DNA of 64,000 nucleotides from Aureliella sp. Lineage in GTDB: Bacteria > Planctomycetota > Planctomycetia > Pirellulales > Pirellulaceae. Each line of letters opens with the position of its first letter. Position 1 is the stretch's first letter. The notes under the pieces were generated by a model that saw only the letters and a program-made list of their open reading frames with translations, was not told the DNA's origin and did not search any database. The stretch lies in NCBI GenBank assembly GCA_963691875.1, contig OY829846.1, forward strand, positions 3,008,001-3,072,000, read 5' to 3'. Made by a program: the position numbers and the translations under genes. Positions 33,774 through 43,565 of this stretch are shown piece by piece.

Positions 33774-33900
33774 GGATAACAATACGTTGGACCGAAGCCG
33801 TTACAATCGAACCAAACTCGCGGGATGATGCTTCGCACCATTTTATCCCGCTCAAACACTTGCGAGTCGATCGTCGGCTCGGTCAACTTGGGCGTTATCC
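33774..33900 (+). repeat. attC of cassette 3 (127 bp, nested hairpin)
   Basis: GGATAAC...ACCGAAGCCG/CGGCTCGGT...GTTATCC. Confidence 0.85.
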
Positions 33901-33920
33901 TTGATATGTGATGATGCTCC

Positions 33921-34271
33921 ATGGCGCTTCCAAAGAAGAATAGAAGAAAGGTGAGCGTCGAAGGGGCGGAGTATCACTGGATGCACTGTGATCGCGGCGC
34001 GGTCGTGCAATGCAGTAGCGGGAACGGTTCCAAATTGCGGATTGACCCCTTCGGTCCGATTACCTACGACATCATTCCTCTTGCGATTCGATTTGCGATT
34101 TCGAATGGCTGGACGCCCGCGGAATCTGGCCCGGCCTTTTGGATTGGTTACACTTGCATAGAAGATCACCGCTACAGATTCGTGTTGCGAAATGCAGACG
34201 ATCCACCGTTTTGGTCTGATCCGCATCGTGCCCGGGTTGTCTCGAAACTCATATCGAAAGAACCCGGATAA
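33921..34271 (+). CDS. Cassette 4: hypothetical protein
   Basis: MALPKKNRRKVSVEG.EYHW; stop codon lies inside R'' of the attC. Confidence 0.8.
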   Translation: MALPKKNRRKVSVEGAEYHWMHCDRGAVVQCSSGNGSKLRIDPFGPITYDIIPLAIRFAISNGWTPAESGPAFWIGYTCIEDHRYRFVLRNADDPPFWSDPHRARVVSKLISKEPG

Positions 34272-34354
34272 CAACGCAATGCACGCCAGTCGCGGTGGCG
34301 GCTAAGCGATATCACTGAATCACCACCGCGACGACGTGATTGCCAACGTTATCC
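34266..34354 (+). repeat. attC of cassette 4
   Basis: GGATAAC...GTCGCGGTGG/CCACCGCGAC...GTTATCC. Confidence 0.9.
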
Positions 34355-34372
34355 GTCTTGGGCCGCTACTTG

Positions 34373-34951
34373 ATGAATTGGAAACGAATACGCAAGGATG
34401 CCGGTGAAATCACGATCGAAGACTTGCGCGAATATCCCTCTTGGGAATTTTGCCTCGATGAGGAGGGGGTCGAGGGCCAAACCGAATGCACCATTCGGCC
34501 ATTCAAAAAATCAGATTCAAAATTGTCATTAAAGGACTACTGTCTCGTTGCGGCAGATTTAATTGCGAACAATGGCACTAGGCTATTCGGTTGGGTCACG
34601 TTAGGCGATGGCCATGCCGATCATGCTTGGGATCTTTCGCCCGAAATACTTCTGCCGTCTGTAGCCGACGACGTTCAAAAGAACGAACACTGCAACAACC
34701 TACCGTTTATCGTGATGACCTGTCCTGGAACGGCTCGAATCAGCTTATGTCTTGGTGCTTCAAAACGATTTTCTGATGAAAAAATTCGGCCCAAAATAGA
34801 ATTGGCATATCGGGCGCTCAAAATGTCGGCTTCCGAAGTATTTCCACTTACAATCGAGCCTCGTCAATTTGTAGAACAATGGCCAAAGAAAATGATAATT
34901 GAGGGATTCTTGAGGCCGTCAGATGAAGGCCCAGGCTTAACACTAAAATGA
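34373..34951 (+). CDS. Cassette 5: hypothetical protein
   Basis: ORF from MNWKRIRK to a stop adjacent to R''. Confidence 0.8.
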   Translation: MNWKRIRKDAGEITIEDLREYPSWEFCLDEEGVEGQTECTIRPFKKSDSKLSLKDYCLVAADLIANNGTRLFGWVTLGDGHADHAWDLSPEILLPSVADDVQKNEHCNNLPFIVMTCPGTARISLCLGASKRFSDEKIRPKIELAYRALKMSASEVFPLTIEPRQFVEQWPKKMIIEGFLRPSDEGPGLTLK

Positions 34952-34952
34952 C

Positions 34953-35045
34953 GGATAACAATACGATGCACGCGCAGCCGGACCTGCGTGCTTAATTGAA
35001 AATGGTAGATCGCTGGTTCCGGCTCGGTGATCGTTAACGTTATCC
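34953..35045 (+). repeat. attC of cassette 5
   Basis: GGATAAC...AGCCGGA/TCCGGCT...GTTATCC. Confidence 0.9.
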
Positions 35046-35055
35046 TGCAAACAGA

Positions 35056-35394
35056 ATGACCAAAGATTCAATGCGATGGTTTGGTGTACGTTCGGTCTAC
35101 TGTTCTCGGTGCGTCGATCCCGAACATGCATTTTCATACGAGGAACGAGTCCTAGTATTCCTTGCTGACTCTTTTGAATCCGCAATCAAACTGGCTGAAC
35201 ACGAGTCACAGCAATACGTTGGTACCTCAGAATCTATTGCATTAGATTATTTCAATGCTTTCGAAATCATCGACGACCAAATCCAAAACGGTACCGAGGT
35301 CTATTCGCTCATCCGTGATTCCAATTTGGCTTCCGAAGAGTATATAGATTCATATTTCGATACGGGAGACGAGCGAAGCGGGAAATGGAAGTAG
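35056..35394 (+). CDS. Cassette 6: acidic hypothetical protein (DUF4288-like)
   Basis: WFGVR..YEERVLVFLADSFESAIKLAE..GTEVYS.IRDS pattern. Confidence 0.7.
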   Translation: MTKDSMRWFGVRSVYCSRCVDPEHAFSYEERVLVFLADSFESAIKLAEHESQQYVGTSESIALDYFNAFEIIDDQIQNGTEVYSLIRDSNLASEEYIDSYFDTGDERSGKWK

Positions 35395-35412
35395 GACCGC
35401 ACCCTGGGGACA

Positions 35413-35502
35413 GGATAACAACGCGATGAACCAAAGCGGCGAAGCATCGCGAACTAGAATTGAATGATAACTCTCGCCGCTTGGTTATCGCAAACGTTAC
35501 CC
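35413..35502 (+). repeat. attC of cassette 6
   Basis: GGATAAC...AAGCGGCGA/TCGCCGCTT...GTTACCC. Confidence 0.9.
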
Positions 35503-35511
35503 GACTGAATC

Positions 35512-36201
35512 ATGGGACTTGACGCTGTTGAAATCGTAATGGATGTCGAAGACCACTTTGGCATTTCAATCCAGAATGCGGAGGCGGAGCGCGTTCGCAC
35601 CGTCGGCGATCTTGTCGCGTTGATTGGGTCCCGAATTGAGTCCGCCCATCTTGCAACTTGCCCGACACTTGCATCGTTCTTGCTATTACGTTCCTCCGTT
35701 CGCGAAATTGCAGACAATGACACACTACGCATTCGTACGGGAACCCGCGTTGTTGACGTGCTAGACCGATCACAACGCCAAAGGCTATGGGCGCGTTTGG
35801 ACGAAATGCTCGGCTCTGCTCCACTCAGTCTGCGCCGACCTCCAGCGCTGCGCAAACTGCTATCAGTTCTCGCGTTGAGCACGATGGCATTTGCGTTTGT
35901 TGCTGCTGCAGTCATCGATTTGGATACTCTACCTCTGACATTTACGTTAGCCGCCATCGTCACACTGGTACTCCACATCGTTACTGTTCCGCTTCGCAAC
36001 TGTCCGCCTGATACGCTCGCCACGTTTGGTTCAATCGCTCGGCGTATTGCTGGCGTAAACGTCGCAACGAAACAATTGCATCTGGACTCTGCCGATGCGA
36101 TACTTGGGGAACTACGACCGATCGTGGTCGACACGCTTGGTGTGGACGGTTCGGAGGTCGTCCTTACCGCAAAGTTTATCGAAGATCTTGGCATGGGATG
36201 A
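35512..36201 (+). CDS. Cassette 7: identical copy of the cassette 1 protein
   Basis: Same 229-aa translation as 31886-32575. Confidence 0.8.
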   Translation: MGLDAVEIVMDVEDHFGISIQNAEAERVRTVGDLVALIGSRIESAHLATCPTLASFLLLRSSVREIADNDTLRIRTGTRVVDVLDRSQRQRLWARLDEMLGSAPLSLRRPPALRKLLSVLALSTMAFAFVAAAVIDLDTLPLTFTLAAIVTLVLHIVTVPLRNCPPDTLATFGSIARRIAGVNVATKQLHLDSADAILGELRPIVVDTLGVDGSEVVLTAKFIEDLGMG

Positions 36202-36205
36202 TGGC

Positions 36206-36295
36206 GGGTAACCATCGGATGCAACGGAGGACCGGTGGTCAGTTTTCACGAATGGATGCTCAACTCCCGGTCCCCGCTGATCCGGGACGTTACCC
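36206..36295 (+). repeat. attC of cassette 7
   Basis: Same as the cassette 1 attC up to GTTA. Confidence 0.9.
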
Positions 36296-36306
36296 GACCG
36301 AGATGT

Positions 36307-36876
36307 ATGAAACATCTTCTTTCACTCATTGTTCTTTCGCTCGTCCTCGGGTGCAGGGACTCGCACGAAATGGCCACGAACGACTCCTCATCTGAACCGG
36401 GCGTCCAACTTTTCAACGAGGCTGTTCTCGGGTCCTCCCCGACCGATGCGATCCCGATGCTCTTGACTTCCGCAAATGCGGATTGGTCACCACGACAGGT
36501 CGTTGTCGACTACAAAGACGGTGCTTGCTACGGCGCGATGGTTCATTACGATCGGACGCAGGCCTTTGAGGTTCTTCGCTCTGCAATCAATACGCGATTC
36601 GGCAAACACGAACAACCGACTTTCGCCGACGATCCAACGATGGGTATTTGGCGTATGGACGACGCGGGGTTTACGATTCAACTGAGCGACGACAACGAGG
36701 AGGATTCGTACGTGGCGATCTATCTGCTCTTTGTTGATCTGGGCGTGCTTGCTACCAAGCTTGAAGAACTGAGCGAGACCGAACCTGAGTTGTTCGAGGA
36801 CTTTCCTCTCGATGATTTCACCGACGCACTGCGTGAAAGCGACAAACCGGACGCGACGACACCAGATGGCGGGTAA
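36307..36876 (+). CDS. Cassette 8: acidic putative lipoprotein
   Basis: MKHLLSLIVLSLVLGC lipobox; stop inside R''. Confidence 0.8.
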   Translation: MKHLLSLIVLSLVLGCRDSHEMATNDSSSEPGVQLFNEAVLGSSPTDAIPMLLTSANADWSPRQVVVDYKDGACYGAMVHYDRTQAFEVLRSAINTRFGKHEQPTFADDPTMGIWRMDDAGFTIQLSDDNEEDSYVAIYLLFVDLGVLATKLEELSETEPELFEDFPLDDFTDALRESDKPDATTPDGG

Positions 36877-36960
36877 CCATCGCATGCAACGGAGCCGGCG
36901 GCCGGGTCGGTTTTCTAATCAACGCGTATCACGCCGGCCCCCTGATGCGTGTCGTTCATT
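36871..36960 (+). repeat. attC of cassette 8
   Basis: GGGTAAC...GCCGGCG/CGCCGGC...GTTCATT. Confidence 0.88.
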
Positions 36961-37351
36961 GGTGCTCTGGTGAATAGCGGGTTGCGATCTGACTGATCAA
37001 GACTTGGTCGAACTGGACGGTCAATCGGTTGCGAAGTCGGCGTGGAGACGCCACGGTGACTTCTCGTTGGTTGCGCGGACGGCCTAATGCTGCCGATGAT
37101 TGGGCCAATTGGAACGTTGGCTTCGATCCGCCGGTTCGGTACACAAACAACACGCGGTCTCCGTTGGGATGTTGTATTTGGCATCGATTGTTGGAACGCT
37201 CGTTGGCATCGATGACGTAGCGCGCAAACCTTCGATTGAATTGCGTCTCTTCTTCGATCAGCGCCTGCAATACTTTCGGGCAAATTACGTCTGACGGCCG
37301 ATTCGCCACCGTGCTAAACTGAGATGCCATGCCGGTAACCGGTATCATCAT
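36956..37351 (-). CDS. Cassette 9: hypothetical protein in inverted orientation (tentative)
   Basis: Only ORF spanning the cassette is on the minus strand, stopping at the upstream GTTCA; + strand ORFs are at most 64 aa. Confidence 0.4.
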   Translation of the reverse strand: MMIPVTGMASQFSTVANRPSDVICPKVLQALIEEETQFNRRFARYVIDANERSNNRCQIQHPNGDRVLFVYRTGGSKPTFQLAQSSAALGRPRNQREVTVASPRRLRNRLTVQFDQVLISQIATRYSPEHQ

Positions 37352-37361
37352 TGGAACGTCC

Positions 37362-37450
37362 AATGAACTATGCGTTGAACCGAAGCGACGCGTGGGGCGT
37401 GTGCAAATGGAAAACACATTGGCGTCACCCGGTTAACGCCACCGTTATGC
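37362..37450 (+). repeat. attC of cassette 9
   Basis: AATGAAC (complement of cassette start GTTCATT)...GTTATGC. Confidence 0.85.
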
Positions 37451-37506
37451 TGAATACCCAAAGTCCACCCATCCTCATGAGTAACGGGCTACTAGCATCA
37501 CATACG

Positions 37507-38097
37507 ATGCCCGATCTACTGACGCCTTTTCTCGCCCAAGGATTGCTGTTGAGCGTTCTGCCGGTACTTGTGTGCGCAATCCTCGGCTCTCTCCTTGGCC
37601 GCACAACGTTTCGATGGACGCAAGTCGGGAGTCTGTTCCTTGGGATGCTGTCTGGCGTACTTGTGGTGCTCCTCTTCGCACTCGCTGCATTTGTCGCACT
37701 TTCCAACATCAGAGGAATCAACCCGGCGATTGGGCTCTATCTGCCGTTGGCCGTCGGAGCCACGACGGCGTCATGGGTGTCCTACAAAGTTTCTCGCAGA
37801 GGTCGGCCCAAGCCGCCGAAACCCACGCTCGAGATGCTTAACGAGAGCTGGAACACAATTGAAGGAATTGTTCGTGACAGGATGCGCGGAGCAGGAATTG
37901 AAATCGGGGCTAGCTTCGATCTAGACGTAGTTCGCAACGCCCGGATATTGACGAGCAAGGAGATTGATCTGATTGACGAACTCGCCAAGACTCGACACTG
38001 TCTCATGACAGCGAGAGCGCTCATACATGATGATATCGCAATGGGGCTCGCCAAATCCGAGGATCTCCTGGCTTGCCTCAATACGCAAAAATCATAA
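37507..38097 (+). CDS. Cassette 10: membrane protein (3 TM) with C-terminal helical domain
   Basis: Three hydrophobic segments; start may be 37477. Confidence 0.75.
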   Translation: MPDLLTPFLAQGLLLSVLPVLVCAILGSLLGRTTFRWTQVGSLFLGMLSGVLVVLLFALAAFVALSNIRGINPAIGLYLPLAVGATTASWVSYKVSRRGRPKPPKPTLEMLNESWNTIEGIVRDRMRGAGIEIGASFDLDVVRNARILTSKEIDLIDELAKTRHCLMTARALIHDDIAMGLAKSEDLLACLNTQKS

Positions 38098-38102
38098 TAG
38101 CA

Positions 38103-38192
<90 letters not shown>

Positions 38193-38199
38193 CTCAACC

Positions 38200-39129
38200 A
38201 TGTTTAGACGCCTCTTCGGAAAAAAGTCGAAGTTAGAGCCGCCTCTTGACGCGAACGGCGCTGGCGGAATGATCGAAGCGTACGATCAGCAAGGAAACAA
38301 AATCCTGATCGAGCGAAGCGAATACCGTACCAGCGTCCTTTCCGGCACCTTCAATGACGCGTGGAACGATGCGGATGATCTTTATGGTGCAATCGTCATG
38401 GCACTCAATGACGGATTCCTTGCCGAAACGATTGCTCCTGCTGAACGGCTTCGCGTAATCGATCCGATTGTAGAACGAAGCACGACTATCCTCGGCATCG
38501 TCTTGATGAAAAACAACGAGTTCAGTCGAGCCGAAAAGGTTCTTAGCGACTACCTCAAAGAACATGATTCGGGTGTCGTAGCAACGAATCTCGCAAAGGT
38601 ATACGACGAGCAGGGTCGCAAGGACGAATCACGGACTACCTTGCGCCGCGCATTGTCGATGGACCCAAATCAAGATAACGGCATCGAATGGTTTGGGGCG
38701 ATTGCTCGCGAAGAAGGTGGCGACGAAGCGTACCTTGCGGCGATGCGTGACATCGCAAAAGAGCCAGGAAGCTGGCGCGCCCAATTGTGGATTGCCCGTG
38801 AGTTCCTTGAACACGATGATGCTCAATCGGCAATTCAGATTTACAAGCAACTGTTGAATTCCGCAGACGTTGCCGAAGACGGCATCATGATGATTTCTGG
38901 CGATCTAGGGAACAACGGCTATATTGAAGAAATCATCGACCTGTTTCTACCTGTCTTTGATGTTCATACACACGGAATCCAGGCGGGGCTTAATCTCGTG
39001 CAAGCATGCATCGAATCAGGTCGTAAACACGACGGGTTACGAATCTGCGATGATCTTCTGTCGCTAAACCGCTACGACTTAAAGCAAATCATTGACGAAC
39101 GACGCGCGCAACTCCGTGCAATGCACTGA
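38200..39129 (+). CDS. Cassette 11: TPR-repeat protein
   Basis: TNLAKVYDEQGRKDESRTTLRRALSMDPN and similar helical repeats. Confidence 0.8.
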   Translation: MFRRLFGKKSKLEPPLDANGAGGMIEAYDQQGNKILIERSEYRTSVLSGTFNDAWNDADDLYGAIVMALNDGFLAETIAPAERLRVIDPIVERSTTILGIVLMKNNEFSRAEKVLSDYLKEHDSGVVATNLAKVYDEQGRKDESRTTLRRALSMDPNQDNGIEWFGAIAREEGGDEAYLAAMRDIAKEPGSWRAQLWIAREFLEHDDAQSAIQIYKQLLNSADVAEDGIMMISGDLGNNGYIEEIIDLFLPVFDVHTHGIQAGLNLVQACIESGRKHDGLRICDDLLSLNRYDLKQIIDERRAQLRAMH

Positions 39130-39135
39130 AACGAG

Positions 39136-39226
39136 TCATCACAAATCGCTGCCATCAGAGCCGCCGACGGCGCGCGTTTAAAATCGTACTATCACTCTGG
39201 CGGCCTGGTTGTGCCAGACGCTATGC
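39136..39226 (+). repeat. Degenerate attC
   Basis: TCATCAC...GCCGCC/GGCGGC...GCTATGC; both core triplets mutated. Confidence 0.6.
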
Positions 39227-39321
39227 ATAAACTGTGAACCCCATGTTTGACGCTACGTCTCAACATGAAGTAAACCGCTGTGGACAAAGCAAAATTATTT
39301 CCGCCGGCCAATCCTACCCAA

Positions 39322-39842
39322 ATGCCTCACGAACACGATTCGCCAGAAAGTTCCAAATCTGCCGCGGCCGAAACACCGCGTCTCAAGCGCATTCTCCTGG
39401 GATGCGGCTTCATTTTCGCGATACCGGTGATGGGAGTTGCCCTTATCTTATTCTGGATTTACGGCACCGACACGCACCATACGAATCGGAGTAGCATTTG
39501 GTGGCCAACCGCAGCCAAAGACCTCATCCCGCCCGCCGCTACCGACATCACCTTGCGACAGGATCATCTCGATCATTACGCCATATACACAATCTCGCAG
39601 GCAGACCTGCACGATTTCGTTCAAGAACATTTCGCCGACAATGGAGCGTCAGTTCTACAAGACCGCGACGGAAAGTTCGTAGCCCGCGAAATGATCGGGA
39701 CAACAGTCGGACCGGTTGGATCGTGACGAAAGACACCATTGTGTACAGCTACATTAAGAAAAATGGTACGCTGCACGAATACTACCACGATGTAAAGACG
39801 GGCTTGACCTATCAGGATTCTGCGTACTGGCAGTTGTTTTAA
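39322..39842 (+). pseudogene. Cassette 12: frameshifted hypothetical membrane-anchored protein
   Basis: ORF stops at 39726; the C-terminus (GWIVTKD..YQDSAYW) continues in another frame to 39842. Confidence 0.65.
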
Positions 39843-39928
39843 AACAATTATATACACGCGAAGCCGCCGATCGCGTGTTTTCAAATGGAGCATTAACCGC
39901 GGTGGCCCTGTGATGCCAGACGTTCGGC
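39839..39928 (+). repeat. attC (partly decayed)
   Basis: TTAAAAC...GCCGCCG/CGGTGGC...GTTCGGC. Confidence 0.7.
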
Positions 39929-39944
39929 GACAGAGGATGTTCGG

Positions 39945-40376
39945 ATGCGTAAACTGAAACGCTTGAGCGTGGTTGGCCTCAGCCTTGCCGCAATGCTCGT
40001 ACTGGCGGGATGCCCGTCTGGGTATCGGATTTCATCAGTCGCTTCGGCATCAGCACAACACGCCAAAGGGGGCAAAGACGCGGCCAAGGCAATCGCCGCC
40101 GGAAAGCTGATGCTGAAGGAATACCCGCCTCTCCCATATCCGCCTGGCCATCAGGAGTACGTCCAATTGCTCCGCGAACAATGCGAGGTCGAGTACGAGG
40201 TACCGCGACTGCCGCAGGGCGTTGCGGAGGCTGACTTCATTCAGGAGGTCCGCGGTTGGAATGAGACGATGAAAGTCGAAGTAAAACGCAAGTTCGGTGT
40301 CGATATATTCGAGCGACTGCACGAGGAAGCACGTCAGCTTTACCAAAAGCAACTCAATCCGAGCGGCAATCAGTAG
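39945..40376 (+). CDS. Cassette 13: putative lipoprotein
   Basis: LVLAGC lipobox; GAGG RBS. Confidence 0.75.
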   Translation: MRKLKRLSVVGLSLAAMLVLAGCPSGYRISSVASASAQHAKGGKDAAKAIAAGKLMLKEYPPLPYPPGHQEYVQLLREQCEVEYEVPRLPQGVAEADFIQEVRGWNETMKVEVKRKFGVDIFERLHEEARQLYQKQLNPSGNQ

Positions 40377-40377
40377 T

Positions 40378-40472
40378 ACTGAACCCACCGGTGCACCGGA
40401 TCGACCGGCGTCGTCCACTTTGAAATCAATGTCTATCGTGGCCGCCCGGTTTCGGCTGACGGCACGTATCGA
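40378..40472 (+). repeat. Degenerate attC
   Basis: ACTGAAC..GTGCACCGG..GCCCGGT; R' not intact. Confidence 0.5.
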
Positions 40473-40492
40473 CGCAATATGGTCAACCAGCC

Positions 40493-40858
40493 TTGACTTT
40501 CTACAAACTAAACACGATTCGTCTATGCTCGCTCGACGTATTCCTCGCGTTCGTAAGGGCTCGCGGCGTCGAGGCAACCGATGACGGTTCCTGCAATCCG
40601 CTTGAGTTTACCGACGCGACTGACTCGATTTTCCGCATCAAATTCGTCGATGACCGCGTAAAGGGAGTCGTGTCGTTCGATGGCAAGATCAACGTTAAGC
40701 CAAGGCGTCTCGAATTTCATCAGATTGTGGACTTCGTGAAATTCTGCCCCGAGAACAACCTCAAAGTTCGCCGTGGCAACGTCGAAATTGTAGGTCCAAG
40801 AAATCTCGCTTCGGACATCCTCTTATTCGACGCTTACAGATTTGCTACACACATGTAA
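40493..40858 (+). CDS. Cassette 14: hypothetical protein (possibly decayed)
   Basis: 121-aa ORF between degenerate attC sites. Confidence 0.45.
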   Translation: MTFYKLNTIRLCSLDVFLAFVRARGVEATDDGSCNPLEFTDATDSIFRIKFVDDRVKGVVSFDGKINVKPRRLEFHQIVDFVKFCPENNLKVRRGNVEIVGPRNLASDILLFDAYRFATHM

Positions 40859-41159
40859 GAAAATGTGGATACTCGACGTTAATGTAATTCCTGCAGTCCC
40901 AACTTGCAGTGGCTACGTAACGAAGAGCATTTCTCCAAAACCGGAAATCTTCGCCGAAGTGCGTCCACTGTGGCTCTATGGAATTAATTCACACTCCCTG
41001 CGTCACCGAAATCCAACATCCAAAAGAAAACTCAAATTTGTGATCGAATGCACAGGAATATGTAGCAACGACTGCATGAATTGGCATTTTACTCCAAAGG
41101 GCGATAGACTACCCAAGAAACAAAGCCGTCTTACTGGCACCACCTCGGACTCAATCGCG

Positions 41160-41249
41160 ATACGACAAACCTATGCACCGCTTTCGCCGACAGCTCGGGG
41201 TTTGATGGCCGAATCAACTGCGGCGACTCGGTTATCCTGACCTTTCGTC
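41160..41249 (+). repeat. Degenerate attC
   Basis: TCGCCG/CGGCGA arms; R' TTTCGTC is a G-to-T variant of the complement of the next R'' GACGAAC. Confidence 0.55.
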
Positions 41250-41339
41250 AGATCAGGAAGTTGCTCGGCGTCACAAAGCGCTTCTGTTTGACCGGTTCTG
41301 GGGGATTAGCACTCGCAGTCAATTCAGCATTGCAAGAAA

Positions 41340-41762
41340 ATGAACTCTGACTACCGAAACTCTCAGGAATGGACGGCATCACAGAAGACAAACCCATTCT
41401 CGCGCATTATCGGGGCTATTTGCGGTGCTTTCGTAGTTTGCTTCATTTCGATCCTGGCGTCGGTCGCAATGCAGATCGCCGGAACAACGGCAACACTAAT
41501 GTGGGCAGTTGCTCTGATCTTCGGCGCGATCGTTGGTTGCGCGTTCCCACGTATCGGCCAGATTTCAGCATATGGTTTCGTGATCTGCATGAACATAATG
41601 CTGTCGGTAACTATCGGTCGGAACATAGGTGAGCAGATACAACTATTTACCATATTCACGTTCGTTGAACTTATCTTCTTGATGGCGAAACTTGCCATCG
41701 TTTCAAGAACCGACGAACCATGGGTTGCAACGAAGCCGGGATCGCACGATTCTACGAAGTAA
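41340..41762 (+). CDS. Cassette 15: four-TM membrane protein (reads into its attC)
   Basis: Four hydrophobic segments. Confidence 0.75.
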   Translation: MNSDYRNSQEWTASQKTNPFSRIIGAICGAFVVCFISILASVAMQIAGTTATLMWAVALIFGAIVGCAFPRIGQISAYGFVICMNIMLSVTIGRNIGEQIQLFTIFTFVELIFLMAKLAIVSRTDEPWVATKPGSHDSTK

Positions 41763-41802
41763 TGAGTCGATCGTCCGGGATCGCTGAACCCTGCCGTTCA
41801 GC
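41712..41802 (+). repeat. attC
   Basis: GACGAAC..GGGTTGCA/TGAACCC..GTTCAGC. Confidence 0.75.
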
Positions 41803-41843
41803 TTTGAAGTCGAATTAATAATCCTCGTGCGGAGGGGCTGATA

Positions 41844-42959
41844 ATGAAAACGTTACTTACGATCACTTTGGCTAGTGTATTTGCATTGCCAAATAGTCCT
41901 GCGAAAGCAGCCGACTCACAGGAACCGGTGGTACTCAAAGGGCACACATCGGGAGTATTAACAGTGGTTTGGGCCGACGATGGCAAATCGTTAGCAACTG
42001 CAAGTGACGATCGGTCGATTCGGGTCTGGTATTCGGCCACTGGGAAACAAGTTGCGGACGTGCCAAAGATCGCCCGCGTAGGGTACGGTAGTCCGGTCGT
42101 CGCCTTCACCACGGATCTCAAGCTCGCGGCAGTCAACTATTGGGGTGAGATCACGATCCGCACCTTACCCGACTATAAGCTGGTGACGAAGATCGACCCG
42201 ATCCTCGATCGTGGACAACAGTCCGGATTCCGATCGGATATCTTCGCAATGGCATTTAGCCCGGATGGGAAGTGGCTTGCCACGGGCGGATCAACCGCCG
42301 CAGTGGGCGGTCCACATGGATTGCCCGGCGGCATCGTAATCGTCTGGGACACCGAGAGCGGAAAAATCGTCCACCAGTCGGAAAGGCTATCGACGGCTGC
42401 CTGTTCTGTGAGTTGGAGCAGGAACGGAAAGCTGTTGGTTGCGGGCACCAGCGGAGCGGGCGGGGAACTGCAAGAGGCGGGCAAAGTCTGGATATGGGAT
42501 GCCGAAACACGCAAGTCCTTGCATCACTTCTCGGTCAAGCCCGAGACGAAATACGGCGAGTGGGCGTCGGCCGCCAGCGTCGCGATCAGCCCCGACGGAA
42601 AGCGCGTGGCTTTTCCTGCAACGTCCGGCAGTCGCGGAGCCCCGGCGGGCATTATCAGTGAGGACACCTGGGCGGCCGTGCGAGTATGGGAGTTGGAAAC
42701 CGGCAAGGATACAGACCTGGTCAAGCGCCTCAAGATGGCAGTCCAAGCAGTTGTGTTCAGCCCCGACGGCAAGCAGCTAGCAACGGCCGGCAGCGACAAG
42801 TTCGTGCGAGTGTGGGATTTGGATACGGGAATGCAACTCGCCGCGCTGCCGAGCCAAGATCGGGTCGAAGCGGTCGCTTTCAGCCCAGACGGCAAATCTC
42901 TAGCGGCGGGCAGCAAGGACGGAACTGTTCGAATCTGGGTAACGCCCACCACCAATTGA
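41844..42959 (+). CDS. Cassette 16: secreted WD40-repeat protein
   Basis: GHT..W..DG.SLATASDD.SIRVW and FSPDGK.LAT repeats; signal peptide; GGAGG RBS. Confidence 0.92.
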   Translation: MKTLLTITLASVFALPNSPAKAADSQEPVVLKGHTSGVLTVVWADDGKSLATASDDRSIRVWYSATGKQVADVPKIARVGYGSPVVAFTTDLKLAAVNYWGEITIRTLPDYKLVTKIDPILDRGQQSGFRSDIFAMAFSPDGKWLATGGSTAAVGGPHGLPGGIVIVWDTESGKIVHQSERLSTAACSVSWSRNGKLLVAGTSGAGGELQEAGKVWIWDAETRKSLHHFSVKPETKYGEWASAASVAISPDGKRVAFPATSGSRGAPAGIISEDTWAAVRVWELETGKDTDLVKRLKMAVQAVVFSPDGKQLATAGSDKFVRVWDLDTGMQLAALPSQDRVEAVAFSPDGKSLAAGSKDGTVRIWVTPTTN

Positions 42960-42965
42960 GCAGAC

Positions 42966-43053
42966 CTAGAACTACCCGTTGCACGCGGGGGGGGCCGCGT
43001 CGTTTGAAAGTTGATCATCAAACGCGCCCGCCACGTGAACTTGATCGTTATTT
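42966..43053 (+). repeat. attC
   Basis: CTAGAAC..TTGCACG/CGTGAA..GTTATTT. Confidence 0.7.
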
Positions 43054-43093
43054 CGCTATTTCTTAGGCACTCGTTTTTCACAAGGAATCATAC

Positions 43094-43411
43094 ATGGGAT
43101 ACGACGACACGTTGATCGTGGATCACATCAAAAAGACGCACGCCACGGACCTACTCAGCGAACGGGAGAAGCACCTAGTCGGTTTGGCGGTTACGATGAC
43201 GCGTGGGTGTCAGGTTTGCACGCGGAACAGGATCGAAAAGGCCCGTAGCATTGGGATTTCTGAAGATGAACTCAACGCACTGGTCGCGGTAACGGCGGCG
43301 GTAAACGGTGGCGTTAGCGCTGCCACCGCGCGCGTCGCGTTTAGCATGATCGAGCAAGAAGAAGCTGCGGAGTGCGGCGAGACTTGTTCCCCGACCCCCA
43401 AGGCAGACTAA
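43094..43411 (+). CDS. Cassette 17: carboxymuconolactone decarboxylase / AhpD-like protein
   Basis: LSEREKHLVGLAV..GCQVC..ARSIGISEDEL. Confidence 0.85.
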   Translation: MGYDDTLIVDHIKKTHATDLLSEREKHLVGLAVTMTRGCQVCTRNRIEKARSIGISEDELNALVAVTAAVNGGVSAATARVAFSMIEQEEAAECGETCSPTPKAD

Positions 43412-43421
43412 GGTCAAGACA

Positions 43422-43547
43422 ACAGAACAAAGGGATAAACCGTAGCCGGAACAGCGGCACTTCCTATGAGGTCGAGTGTCGCGTTGCAGGAATCGCGAAA
43501 ACTTGGCCGCGCGGCATGCGTGGCCACAAGATCGCAAGTTGCTATGC
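43422..43547 (+). repeat. Degenerate attC (boundaries uncertain)
   Basis: ACAGAACAAAGGGATAAAC left arm; right end possibly GCTATGC. Confidence 0.4.
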
Positions 43548-43565
43548 GAATGGCAGAAGAACAAA

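Noticed and set aside
31871..36289. Duplicate segment as an IS element or assembly artefact
   Set aside because: No transposase or terminal inverted repeats; the ends coincide with integron crossover points and both flanks are unique (read check still advisable)
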